A stretch of DNA of 50,269 bases, from the NCBI RefSeq assembly GCF_001194135.2, contig NC_068994.1, positions 38,078,253-38,128,521 of the forward strand. Direction: 5' to 3'. Shown piece after piece: positions 35,790-48,651 of the stretch. Origin of the DNA: Octopus bimaculoides. Its lineage: Eukaryota. Position 1 is the first letter of the stretch; every line of letters begins with the position of its first letter. A program made the translations under genes and the position numbers. The notes under the pieces are model-generated. The model saw nothing but the letters and a program-made list of their open reading frames with translations. It made no database searches and was not told the origin of the DNA.

Positions 35790-36560
35790 GTGTTGTGCTT
35801 GCTCTACCACTGCTTAACAACCAGTGTTGGTTTGTTTATGTCCATGTTACTTAAAGGTTCAGCAAAAGAAATCAATAGAATAAATACTAAACTTATCAAA
35901 TTAAGTTTAGTATTTACTTATAAAATAAGTTTATCCTGTCCAAGTAAACCCTTCAAGGTGTTGTTCTATCATGACTGCAGTCCAATTATTGAAAACAAGT
36001 AAATGATAAAAGATAAAACATAATTTGGCAAATATATAGATAGATAAATGAATAAATAAAAATGATATAACTGTATGAACATATAGAATTATAGAATGTA
36101 TAAATTATGTAACTACTGGGAATTTACTGTTCTCATGTTACAGAAAAATTATTTATTCAGCAACTTTTCAAAAATGAAAATTATTTAGAAAAGATTAATA
36201 ATTTTATACACATCCAACACTCCACATAAATTTTTTTATGTAACTGTGGTATATCTTTTATATTTTTCTTTTACTTGTTTCAGTCATTTGACTAAGGCCA
36301 TGCTGGGGCACCACCTTGAAGAATTTTTAGTCAAATGTATTGACTCCAGTACTTGTTTTATTTAATTTTTTTAATTTTTAAACTTGCTACTTAGTCTATC
36401 AGTTTCTTTTGCTGAACTACTAGGTTACAGGGATGTAAACACACCAGCACTGGTTGTCAAGTGAGGTGTGTGGGGGAGAAACACAGATACAAACCAACAC
36501 GCAAGTGCATGCACGCACACACACACACCCAATGGACTTCTTTTAGTTTCTGTCTAGAAA
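35790..36560. mobile_element. Inverted pair of family A SINE 3' halves: + at 35790-36005 and - at 36265-36560
   Basis: The consensus tail is seen in both orientations about 260 bp apart. Confidence 0.7.
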
Positions 36561-37698
36561 ATCCATATATATAATGTGTGTTTTATCCCAAAACTATCTC
36601 TGGTCAAGCTGACCTATTACCAAAATATTCCAGCCATGACCATTTCATCTATTCTGACATAGGTTGTCTCAAACTACATTATCTTGTGTAAATATAAATG
36701 TTGTCGCTTAGCTTTAGATCAGTCCTGATCCATAACACTTATGATCAAAAGACTGAATTGATATATCTAGAGATATATCTATTCAGTCTGTCTCTTTTTT
36801 TTGTTATGGAATGTATATTCAGAACTACAATGACCAATGTGTCCTTCATATTTTAAGGAAGTAATCTGTATGTCAGGAAGGCTAGAGTCTTGAGTGTAAC
36901 AAAACAAGTATGCTACTTAAATTGTTGTATGTTTTTTGAATGAAATTAATTTGCTGAAAGTGGTCTTGTCATGAATTTGAACCAATGAAGGAAATTTGGC
37001 TGCTACTTCTAGCATGTCTGGTAACCACGTAAAGGTGCCCTTGTTAGCTCATTTGATTTTTATAATATGGTTTACAAAATAATCCAATTGTTGTTGATGA
37101 TGTTTTTCTTGTTTAACTCCTGATCCAATAGATTAGCCTGTCTCTTTCTTTTCTTTTCTTTCTATTTTAGAATTTATTATATTATGCATCTACAACTACA
37201 TTAGCCATTGTGCCTTTTTGCAAGATGTTTAAGTAATGATTTGTGAGAGATTTGGCTACTGTTTGTAGCTGAGTGAACAGCTGCTCTAGTGGATTCCTAC
37301 ATCGCTTGGAAACAATCTTACATTACATTTTTATTCTAAACATCTGAAGATATAAACTTCTGGGAACTCTGACTAACCTTTGTTAGATTTCATAAAATGT
37401 ACCTCTTCAAAATATTTCTCCACTAGAGGCTTGGAAAAGTTCTGTAGCAAGAAAATTACTAATATCAGCTGCAAAGAATAACACAAACAAATAAATAGAG
37501 ATGATGATTTATCTTCACAGCTATTTTTATTTTCTTCTTCTTATCTCTCCATGGTGTTAAAATGGTTTTGTCATACAGAGAAAATAAAGAGGAAACATTT
37601 TGCAAAAAATTGCCTTTAATTGATAACCAGTGATAACCAAAAGAGAAACAGACTAAAAATAAAAGAAATTCATGCACACACACACACACACACACACA

Positions 37699-37733
<35 letters not shown>

Positions 37734-38500
37734 GATGTACGAAGAGACAGATATTCTTTGGACTAAAACAGTAGGGTTTATCAGTTGTTGGAATGGATAG
37801 CAGATGAGGAATGATGAAGTGGTAAAAGAATAAAGTCAAAGAACAATATGAAGCTGTTTTAAAATAGGCTTAGTGCAACAAGTCAGCGTGTAATAAGTTT
37901 AGATATCTGATTAACAATTTTGAAGGTGTCTATTAGTCTAATAAAGATAAAGATAATAGTAATAGGTGTATATTTAACTAGAAATTAATATATGAAGAAT
38001 TATGTGTTTGTAACATATCTTATATAAATTACTATTGACAATTACTATTCTCTTAAATGTTGTCATGCTGCCAATCACTGAATTTTAGGCTTAAACTTGT
38101 GCCACATTCCTGGGGGTAATGTATGTTATTTACTTCTACACATTCCAGCAACTGCAGTTAGGAAACTAATGGTAAAAAAGAAATATATATATAAAGATTT
38201 ACTTATTTATTTTTGCTCATTTCTTTTCTTTTCTTATTTCTTTATTTTGTGCTTGGAATTTGAAATAACATTTGCAAATAAGAAATATCAAATGCCTTTG
38301 CCAACTGGTTGATGCTGATAACCTCAATTTAAAAAACAAAACAAATAAAGTAAAATTTAAGTTTTTTATTTTTTTATTTCAGAAAAGGAAGTTGTTAATT
38401 ACAACTTGTGATAATAATGCATGAGATAACTACAGTTAGTAATAGTATATGAACAAAATTTAAGTTAATAATAATCATCAATAACATTGATAGCAACAAT

Positions 38501-38534
<34 letters not shown>

Positions 38535-38547
38535 TAATAATAATTTT

Positions 38548-38745
38548 GGTACATGGCCAGCAATTTCCAGGGAGTGGGTAAGTCGATTACCATCAACCTC
38601 AGCACTCAACTGGTACTTATTTTATTGACCCAGAAAGGATGAAAGGCAAAGTCGACCACAACAGAATTTGAACTCAGAACATGGAGACAGACAAAATACC
38701 GCTAGGCATTTTACCCAACATGCTATCCATTCTGCCAGCTCACCT
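38548..38745 (-). mobile_element. Family B SINE preceded by (AAT)n
   Basis: aaaggatgaaaggcaaagtcgacc...gaatttgaactcag...ctgccagctcacc. Confidence 0.85.
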
Positions 38746-39798
38746 AATAATAATAATTATCTTTTCTTTATTAGTCAGAACATAAGGAGCTAGAAGAGAT
38801 GCCACAAAGTATTTTGTTGTGTGCACTAATGATTCTGCAAGATCACTGCCTTATATAATATAACATTGTTGGTGACAGTAAATGATAACATAACGAGTAA
38901 TTTTAATAAATAGTAATACTTGGTAATGTACACACACACACACAATAGTCAGAACTAAATCTTCACTTCATCAAGTTCATTCAGCGGATGGTTCACTTCA
39001 AAACCTTTAGCTTACCATTTCTGACATTCACACTGATTGAAATTAAATTCAAATATCAGGCTTTGAGTCACCTCTGGATTTTCATTCAATTGATATTGAT
39101 TAGTTAGTCTGATATGTTTCTTTAAAAGTTTTCTTAAATTTTACTAGAAAATGCGATGAGAGTTTATTAGCCTAACTTTACATACAAGTCACATAAGCAA
39201 ATATCTTTAAAAATAGTTTTGGTTACAAACAATGTAATATCTTGCAAGCAGGAAAATCAGACAGTATTTAACACCATATTGGTAACATCTATAACATTAA
39301 CCCATCCTATCTGTTGTATTAATCAACTACATGAACCAGCAAAAGAGCTTTTGCATGGTTGATTTCTCTGCTAAAATTAACAGTTAAATCAATTTTAAAA
39401 TCCATTCAAGCCTTACACCTGTCTACCCATGTGTCATATGTCTGATCAAAGCTGATTTGGGAGCTACAAAACAATAACAATTGACCAACTACAGACTGTC
39501 AACTTGTGACATCCATGGGATAGAAACCACACATAACATGTTTATTCCAGACAGAATTAACTGGCCGTTGGTGACTGATCAAACACTGTGTAATGATGTG
39601 AAATTTGATCTTAGAATTTCAATTCAATCATTGTTAATAACATGAATGGGAAACTTAGAGCAGAGCTGGAGTGAAGTCCCAACTTCAAATAAATGAATAA
39701 ACTCTATTATATTATGTACTAACAACATCTTTCTTTAATATCTGAATGTGCATGTTCATGTGTGTGTGTGTATGAGTACAAATTTATTATTCTTAAAT

Positions 39799-39890
39799 AA
39801 GAATATTATTGACAGTAACTTCGAAATCTTGACCAGTCCAACGATAGTTTAGTTGGCTGAAACTTTGAAGTTACTGTTAATTATATTCTT
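39799..39890. repeat. ~92-bp imperfect hairpin / inverted repeat
   Basis: aagaatattattgacagtaacttcgaa pairs with ttgaagttactgttaattatattctt; inner ccaac/gttgg stem. Confidence 0.75.
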
Positions 39891-40127
39891 GTATAAAAAT
39901 AATGTGTGCACACACACACACACATACACAGAGTAAGAAAGAGAGGGTGTGAGAGAGAGAGAGAAGCAGAGATAGAGACGAAGTCACAGAGAGAATGAAG
40001 AAAAATCTACAAAGGAATAACAAGAGATTCTGTTGCAAGCAAAGTTGTTAAGGTTGACTCTCAGAGAAGTAGAAAGAGTTAATTATTGATTTTTTTTAAC
40101 ATTGTCTTTCTTCAATATATATGTACG

Positions 40128-40188
<61 letters not shown>

Positions 40189-40202
40189 ATATATATATAT
40201 AA

Positions 40203-41286
40203 TCATCATCATCATCGTTTAATGTCTGCTTTCCATGCTGGCATGGGTTGGACGATTTGACTGAGGACTGGTGAACCAGATGGCTGCACCAGGCTCCAAT
40301 CTGATCTGGTAGAGTTTCTACAACTGGATGCCCTTCCTAACGCCAACCACTCCAATAGTATACTGGGTGCTTTTATGTGCCACCGGCACGAAGGCCAGTC
40401 AGGTAGTACTGGCAATGGCCACACTCAAATGGTGTTTTCTACATGCCACCTGCACAGGAGCCAGTCCAGCGGCACTGGGAACAAACTCGCTCAAATATTT
40501 TTTCAGATGCCACCGACACAAGTGCCAGTAAGGCGACTCTGGTAATGATCACGCTCGAATGGTGCTTTTTACGTGCCATCGGCATGGAAGCCAGTCAGCT
40601 GCTCTGGCAACAATCACGTTTGGATGGTGCTCTTAGTGCTCCGCTAGCATGGATGCCAGTCATCGAATTTAATTTCAATTTCGATTTCACTTGCGTCAAC
40701 AGGTCTTTGCAAGCAGAGTTTAGTGTCCTATGAAGGAAAGGTATGCATAAGCAGGCTGGTTACACCCCTGGCATAGGCCACGGGTTATGGTCCCACTTGG
40801 CTTGCCAGGTCTTCTCAAGCACAGCATATTTCCAAAGGTCTCAGTCACTAGACATTGCCTCGGTGAGGCCTAATATTTGAAGGTCATGCTTCACTACCTC
40901 ATCCCAGGTCTTCCTGGGTCTGCCTCTTCCACAGGTTCCCTCAACTGCTAGGGTATGGCATTTTTTCACACAGCTATCCTCATCCATTCTTACCACATGA
41001 CCATACCAGCACAGTCGTCTCTCTTGCACACCACATCTGATGCTTCTTAGGTCCAACTTTTTTCTAAAGGTACTTACAATGTACATTGACATTACACATC
41101 CAGCGGAGCATACTGGCTTCATTCCTTGCAAGCTTATGCATGTCCTCAGCAGTCACAGCCCATGTTTCACTGCCATGTAGCATGGCTATTCATACACATG
41201 TGTCATACAGTCTACCTTTTACTCTGAGCAAGAGGTCCTTTGTCACCAGCAGAGGTAAGAGCTCTCTGAACTTTGTCCAGGCACCT
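40203..41286 (-). mobile_element. 5'-truncated RTE-clade LINE: ORF C-terminus, long 3' UTR and (GAT)n tail
   Basis: AWTKFRELLPLLVTK...RVKGRLYDTCV*IAMLHGSETWAV...EASMLRWMCNV, then ERRLCWYGHVVRMDEDSCVKKC...GRGRPRKTWDEVVKHDL: the classic RTE motifs xGSETW, RLxWxGHVxRM and RGRPRKTW. Confidence 0.93.
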
Positions 41287-42747
41287 ATATATCTATATAT
41301 AAAATCTACACTTTTATATATATATATATATAGGTGCAGGAGTGGTTATGTGATAAGAAGCTTCATTCCCAACCACATGGTTCCGGGTTCAGTCCCACTG
41401 CGTAGCACCTTGATATCTTTATGATACTTGCTTCATCCTCTCTATTTGTGGCCTTTATAATTCTTTATAACTCATTATAATCTTATAAATTCTTTAACAT
41501 TTATTAGCATTTATGTCCATTATAATTCATTATAGTTCTTATACATGTTTTTCAACATTTTCTTAATACTCCACATAATTTAAAATTATTATAATAGTGG
41601 TCTTAACCTATCTACTGAACTTGTACGATTTTAATTGATTTGCATTATTTTCAATAATAATGTACAATACTGATTAACAGAAATGTTGGGATTTGTGCAT
41701 TCTGTTTTGGGAATATCAGTTCTGCTTTTCCGTCTCTGTTAATTCTAAACTCTCAACTCATGACAATAGTACAGCTATATAATTGAACCCCCTAAATTTT
41801 GACATTTAACTAACATAAACATATAAATCTATATCTTTATGCTATACTAATTATTGCCTAAACTGTTTTCATTAGTCTAGTATACACATTTATTTGTTTA
41901 TGTCAATGTGATCTTCCTATCAAACATGTTGACCCCTTTCTGTATTTAAGTTACCCTATTCTGTTTCTATTTAAATAGTTATAAGTTATGATCGTTGGTA
42001 CAGTGATTATGGTTAAATCTGTATATTAAGTATTTCCTTCTCTTTTTCCTTCCTCTATGTTGAAATTTCACAGAGACCTTTTGCTATTCACTGCATTTTT
42101 CAACCAATTATTTTCCCTGAGTTATAATTAGCTGGATCTCCCTTAATTAAAGCTAACATTCTATTAGTTCTGCAATGATTAATCAAAGCACATTAAACAA
42201 GAGGGATTAAGTAAATGAAGAAGTGATGCTGGAATTTATAAACCATGTCACTTATTTGTACTAAACATTTTAACACAGTAAATGGATTTTTAGAGCAACA
42301 TTAGAAACTGTCTTCAAACATGTTTTCATAGTGTCAAATATCATGCTTGGTGCCTGCTTTGCCTGTACAAGCCTTTATGAGTGAAGTCACTAAGTTTAAT
42401 ATCTTCAGAATAGATATGCTTTTAGCTTGTCTATAACTTTCAACCATCTTCTGCTATCCACCCCTGTCATTGACAGATTCTAGCTCCACCCACTTTACAT
42501 TTCTTAAATGTTGGTAATTCTTATTCAAAATTTCATTTCTTGATGATCTGTTGATTAACCAGCGTGTCACTGCTTGCTTGAATATTTGGTAAGCCTGATG
42601 AATTGAGAATTACATAATGTATCACATAATCTTATGGACACTGTCATACCTGACTGTACCATGTTTACATCACAAGAAAGACTCTTAATGAAACAATTTT
42701 AGCAGCACCAGTAAACCATTCATCTATTTTTATTATATGTATGTGTA

Positions 42748-42814
<67 letters not shown>

Positions 42815-42817
<3 letters not shown>

Positions 42818-43174
42818 GGCACAGGAGTGGCTGTGTGGTAAGTCGCTTGCTTACCAATCACATGGTTCTAAGTTTAGTCCCACTGCATGGCACCTTCTAC
42901 TATAGCCTCAGGCCAACCTTGTGAGTGGATTTGGTAGACATAAACTGAAAGAAGCCCGTCGTATATAAATGAATATTTGTGTGTCTGTGTTTGTAGCCCC
43001 ACCATCATTTGACAACTGATGTTGGTGTGTTTATGTCCTTGTAACTTAGCGGTTTGGCAAAAGAGCCCGATAGAATAAGTACTAGGCTTACAAAGAATAA
43101 GTCCTGGTGTCGATTTGTTCGACTAGAGATGGTGCTCCAGCATGGCTCCAGTCAAATGACTGAAACAAATAAGA

Positions 43175-43175
<1 letters not shown>
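42815..43175 (+). mobile_element. Family A SINE, near full-length
   Basis: Head to tail match with 10801-11207. Confidence 0.9.
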
Positions 43176-43207
<32 letters not shown>

Positions 43208-45139
43208 NNNNNNNNNNNNNNNNNNNNNNNNNNNNNNNNNNNNNNNNNNNNNNNNNNNNNNNNNNNNNNNNNNNNNNNNNNNNNNNNNNNNNNNNNNNNN
43301 NNNNNNNNNNNNNNNNNNNNNNNNNNNNNNNNNNNNNNNNNNNNNNNNNNNNNNNNNNNNNNNNNNNNNNNNNNNNNNNNNNNNNNNNNNNNNNNNNNNN
43401 NNNNNNNNNNNNNNNNNNNNNNNNNNNNNNNNNNNNNNNNNNNNNNNNNNNNNNNNNNNNNNNNNNNAAGAAATAAGTGGAAATTTTACTGGTGAGTGTG
43501 TTAAATTATAAGTCTCAAAAACAAAATGACTCTCCCCAGACACAACAGAATATGCTTCAACACACGAACTCACACAAAGAATCTTGCAAACCAAATCCCA
43601 AAACGAAATATATATATATATAGATATATATATATATATATATTTTTTTTTTTCATTTCAAAGTTTCAGCTCAGAGCTGCGGCCATGCTGATGCACCACC
43701 GTGTATATATATATATATATATATATATAGATATAAACAAACTGTTCAATGAATGGGAACGTGAAACTCTGAGTAACAGTTTTCGTGATATTTTTGCCGC
43801 GTTTTAATAAAGTATATATATAGATATATATGCATGTGTGTATGTATATATATATGTATGTATATGTATGTATGCATGCATGTATGTGCATATATATGTA
43901 TGTATGCAGGTGTATATGTATATATATATATGTATGCATCTTTATATATGTATATTAATTTATAAAGGTATATGTGGTGGGGTGCACGCATGTGTGTGTG
44001 CATGTGTGTGTATATGTGTGTGTTTAGATCTTAGCATCAATATTGGCAAATGCTGTCAAAGGTATTGTTAATGACAAGGACAGCAAGCAATGACAAATAT
44101 CTGCGTTGCTTAAAGAACACCACAGTGCTTTTACAACCAAATACCATCTTCACTATTATGTAAAATATAATATCAATGTTCATGCTGCAGTAGACCTAAT
44201 ACATATGCCAATAAATACCTCTGTTACAGTAAATGTAAGAAAAACAATTATTAAAATTTTGTCTGTGTTTGTTTTGAAGTGTTATTTTTTCACTGGCTTT
44301 ACTCTGCATTCTCCTTCATACTGAAACCAAGACAAACATAATCAGATTATTTCCAAATTGTCATGGCTCACATGCTTTTTTGTGTTTTTTTTTTTTTGTT
44401 AGTTTGTTTTTTCTTTTGCAAACTTTGATTTGAAATTCTCCATTATATCATTAATCTTCAATGGCAAAAATATCACTAGATAAAACGATAGGATTAATAA
44501 ATCAGATTTGGAAACTTGTTGTGTATGTGTGTATGCATATGTGCTCCTCTGTGTGTGTGTGTGTGTGTGTGTGTGTTTGTGTGTGGAGGGGTGTGTGTAT
44601 GTGTGTGTTTATCTATTTTGCTTATTTGTTGTTTGTGTATTACATTTAATTTTTATTTACATAATTAGGTCTTTGGGCAGTTTTAAATGTCTTGTAATGA
44701 AGTTTTGGAATTAAAATTAAGATTGGTAATGGTGATGCTGGTGGCGTCTATGTACTTCATCATCATCATCATCGTGATCATCATCATCATCATCATCATC
44801 ATTGTCAATATCATCATCATCATCATCATCAAAAAATTAAATAAATTAAAGAATAAATAAATGAAATCTCAGTTGTTTTGGTTAAAACATTTCAAAACTG
44901 AATTGATAATAATATTTTTACACGTATTTTAATTAACTTTGAAGCTAAATATATTTCTTGAATCACCAAAACAACTATGCCAACAAAGTGGGTGCACCAT
45001 TTACTTTAGTAGCAGCATTGAACCAAACAAAATGGTAAAATCTGCTCACATTCCATACTTCAACAGTAAAAGAATTAGAAAATGGTAAAACGTAAAATAT
45101 TGTTGTAGTTTTAAAACTGAATATTATTTAGTGAATGTG

Positions 45140-45470
45140 AAGGCACATGGCTCAGTGGTTTGAGTGTTGCACTTACAGTTATGAGGTTGTGAGTTTGGTT
45201 CCTGAACTGTACTGTGTGTTGTGTTCTTGAGCAAGACACTTTATTTCAGATTGCTCCACTTCACTCAGCTGTAGAAATGGGTTGTGATATCACTGGTGCC
45301 AAGCTGTATCAGTTTTTGCCTTTCCCTTGGACAACATCTGTGGCATGGAGAGGCAAGGCTGGTATGCATGGGCGACTGTTGGTCTTCCACAAACAACCTT
45401 GCTTGGATCTTGTGCCTCAGAGGGGAAATCCTATAGTCATACATGACCAAAGGGGGTTTTTACCCTTTAT
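45140..45470 (+). mobile_element. tRNA-headed SINE sharing its head and central domain with family C but with a different tail
   Basis: ggcacatggctcagtggtttgag...gttgtgttcttgagcaagacactttatttcagattgctccacttcactcagctg. Confidence 0.75.
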
Positions 45471-45692
45471 TTGTTGAACGAATCTTACTTAGAAGAGCTG
45501 CTATTTTCTGTTCTTAGACATTACATATAAGTCATGGGTGTTGCTCTTCTTTTTTTTTTTCTTTTAATTTGCAGCAAAATTACAAAAAGAAATAAGCAAA
45601 AAATATACCCATTCTAGCATGCTGACTTAATATGGTGATGATGGTGGTCATGGCATCTATGCTTCATCATCATCAACATCATCACCATCATC

Positions 45693-45724
<32 letters not shown>

Positions 45725-45824
45725 CATCATCATATTAGTTTGCTTTCTGTATTTGTATATATTTAGTCTTACTTATTTCTTTTTAAAAGATGATTTAATG
45801 AAGATCTGTATCCATAACTTAAAT

Positions 45825-45855
45825 AGTGGTGGTGGTGGTGGTGGTGGTGGTGGTA

Positions 45856-45888
<33 letters not shown>

Positions 45889-45890
45889 GC
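45825..45890. repeat. (GGT)n/(GGC)n trinucleotide repeat
   Basis: Directly visible. Confidence 0.9.
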
Positions 45891-47104
45891 AGTGGATTTG
45901 GTGGTTTTGTTCACCCCCCCTTTATGTCCTTGCTTTGCCTTTCATCTTTCTGAGATAGATTTAATCAACTACACAACTCCACAAATATGAATATATCCTT
46001 GTGCCTCTAGCAGAAATCAATATTTCTTAATGATTACATAACTAAGAGTGAAATACAAAAATATAAACACAGAAATATATATTCAATTAAATCCTGCCAA
46101 ATGTGAGTTGAACAAAATCAATGGATCACTTTACTTCAATTTCAAATCTAATCTATTTGTTATTTGTAAAGATTACTATAACTAACCACATATTACCTGC
46201 CTAAGAATCAATTATATATATCTTATCTACAAATAAATTAAAGTTTGCACTCTAAGTTTGCATTGATTTTCAATGAATGTTCATTCTATACCCCACCACA
46301 CACAGCTCAATAAATATTTCTTAATCAAAACTAATAAATATTGTGTCATGCATTAATGTAAAATGTATTTATGCAAGATAAATTGGTTCCAATGGAGAAC
46401 TGTTTTCCATGTGGAATGTTATGTTGTTCTGTCAGACTTGCTCAAGGCACAGTCTTCATAGCCAAGTCCTCCCCAGGAGTTTCAAATTTCAAATTAGTTC
46501 AAGTTGCAGCCATTCTGCCAATACAGCTTGAATTGCAGCATTGAACTTCGTATTTATGCAAGTACAAGAACATGTATACGTGTGTGTGTGTGTGTGTTCA
46601 TTATGTGCAGCAGAAGCAATATTAGTTTAAAATAGCAATCTGTACAATACTTGATGCAGATATGTTATGAACAACAGAATCCCCCACTTTTTTCATAAGC
46701 AAGACAACTGTAGTAAGATTTACACAAAGGGATCCAGCAGGGCATCTAAGCATCATTATAGATCGCAAGGCAAAGCAGCTCCCAGAGTCCTTTACAGGCA
46801 GAACCACAATATGCATAAATTAGCATTGGACTCTTGGCCCAGTGTATTCATGCTTTAAGATGACAGGGCTCTCAAGCACACCTTCACAGCTACACTGGTA
46901 CAATATGTTTCATATGCCACATAAATTTCATAAATTTTTACCCCAGGTTGTATATAAAGATCATTTCTTCATTTTTCGTTTATTTATCATTTAGCCTTTT
47001 AGCATTTAAACCGACCACACATAGTCTACCTGTTTTATGCTCAAACCAGCAAGACCTGGCCTCTCACACCTACTCTCTGTGGTTGGCAGTGGACACACAA
47101 AAGA

Positions 47105-47601
47105 CACACACATGTACAAACGAACTCACATACACACACATGCAAATGAACCCACACATAACTCCTACACACACAACACACACTCACACCCATGTGTACA
47201 TACATGCACACACACGCTAATGAACCCACACATAACACACATACACACACAACAAACATTAACACATACACGCACCAAAGTATACATACATGGACTTACA
47301 CACTACACACACACACAAAATAACCCACGTTCGATCCACAGAGCAAACCACACGTCACGTACACACACATATATATATACACATACACACACGCACACAC
47401 TGCAAGAAAAACAAACACACAACATACACATACACACATATACTAAAAAACTGCATGCTCACTTTCTACTGACCATCGCCCACAACCACTCCCAAATTAT
47501 TCCTGCTACTAATTCCTTCCACAATGTGAAGCGATACACACACACACACTAGCAGATAAACAGCCAAACGACACACACACATACGCACATGCACGTTCTG
47601 T

Positions 47602-47636
<35 letters not shown>

Positions 47637-47920
47637 TCCGCGCGCACGCACACATACTTACCTCCCTTTCTTGCACTCTCCTGTCTTAGAAAGAACTTTT
47701 TCTCCACCCTTTCCCTTCCGGTTATTCAACAATGTAACCTCGTGGATATTGTTGGCGATTTTTTCTTCCTCCGTCTTCCCTTCTTTGGACTTTCCTTGTT
47801 TCCGACGAAGAGCTCCGCTCGAAACGTCAAATTCTCTTTCTTTCCTTTCCCGAGCGTCCAGTAACACAATCTGTATCACGTCCTCGCGTTGTAGTTTTTT
47901 TTTTGTCGTTTTTCTTTTTT
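47105..47920 (+). mobile_element. CA-rich interspersed element whose 3' part carries a minimal hammerhead; probable PLE pseudo-LTR or non-autonomous derivative
   Basis: Paralogous to 18380-18878 up to 47722, then continues into a CpG-rich pyrimidine segment containing the HHR motif. Confidence 0.6.
47799..47831 (+). ncRNA. Minimal type I hammerhead ribozyme motif (U4-to-C variant)
   Basis: TTT-CCGACGA-A-GAGC-tcc-GCTC-GAAAC-GTC|AAA. Stem I is TTT/AAA, stem II is GAGC/GCTC, stem III is the palindrome ACGT, and predicted cleavage is after 47828. The core differs from CUGANGA at position 4. Confidence 0.6.
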
Positions 47921-48114
47921 GAACTTATACAAGAGTAGACCTGTTTGACCGTACAGCAGCAGGCAGAGCACGTGGACGTTGTGAGTGATCCCTTTCACAT
48001 ACACAGATGGTACAGTGGTAGACAGAGCATGTGGACGTTGTGAATGACCCCATCCAGATAGACAGGTAAGACCACCATAATTCTCCCTCTGCTTCTGTCT
48101 TTTCCTCCTTCACA

Positions 48115-48256
48115 TCACACCCTTTAATGCCATTCTAAAAATGAACAATCACATCATTGAAATATCAAAACTACAAGAAAATGCATGATTAATTCAAAAC
48201 AATGTGAATAAATAAGCATTTCGTTAGACAGAATAATATGAGTGCTGAAGGGTTAA
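48115..48256. mobile_element. Possible piggyBac-like element end
   Basis: Ends ctgaagggTTAA. Only one end is seen. Confidence 0.3.
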
Positions 48257-48651
48257 CATATTTACACCCTGAAATTCTCAATGTTGTTATAATTTTAAAA
48301 ATAGCCACAGCACATTAAAATTAATAGATGTTATGATGATTTTATTATATTGAGCCTTCTGGCCTCATCTCAAGGCCCTGTTCTCTCCTTTTCCTTCTGC
48401 CCTTTATTTTATTTTATGCATTTGTATTCACTCTGATGAAGCTCCACGTACTAGATCGAATGTGTTATGAAGATGGCAAATATTATTTTTGGATTTTTCT
48501 TTTGTAAGCACCGACTGACATTGGCAGCAGAAACGGCCATAAGAAATGTTATGTCATGTTTTGTACTAAAGAATAATCAACAGATGTTAGTCAATTTGTT
48601 TTTTGATCAAAGGTTTTCGCCATTTCCTGCGTATTTAAATTTGATTCCTCG

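Noticed and set aside
42400-42650. RTE C-terminal remnant on the minus strand (KWVELESVNDRGG*QKMV)
   Set aside because: Only one weak motif, not enough to call.
45753-45953. Gly-rich ORF
   Set aside because: It is a translation of a GGT/GGC microsatellite, with no other coding signal.
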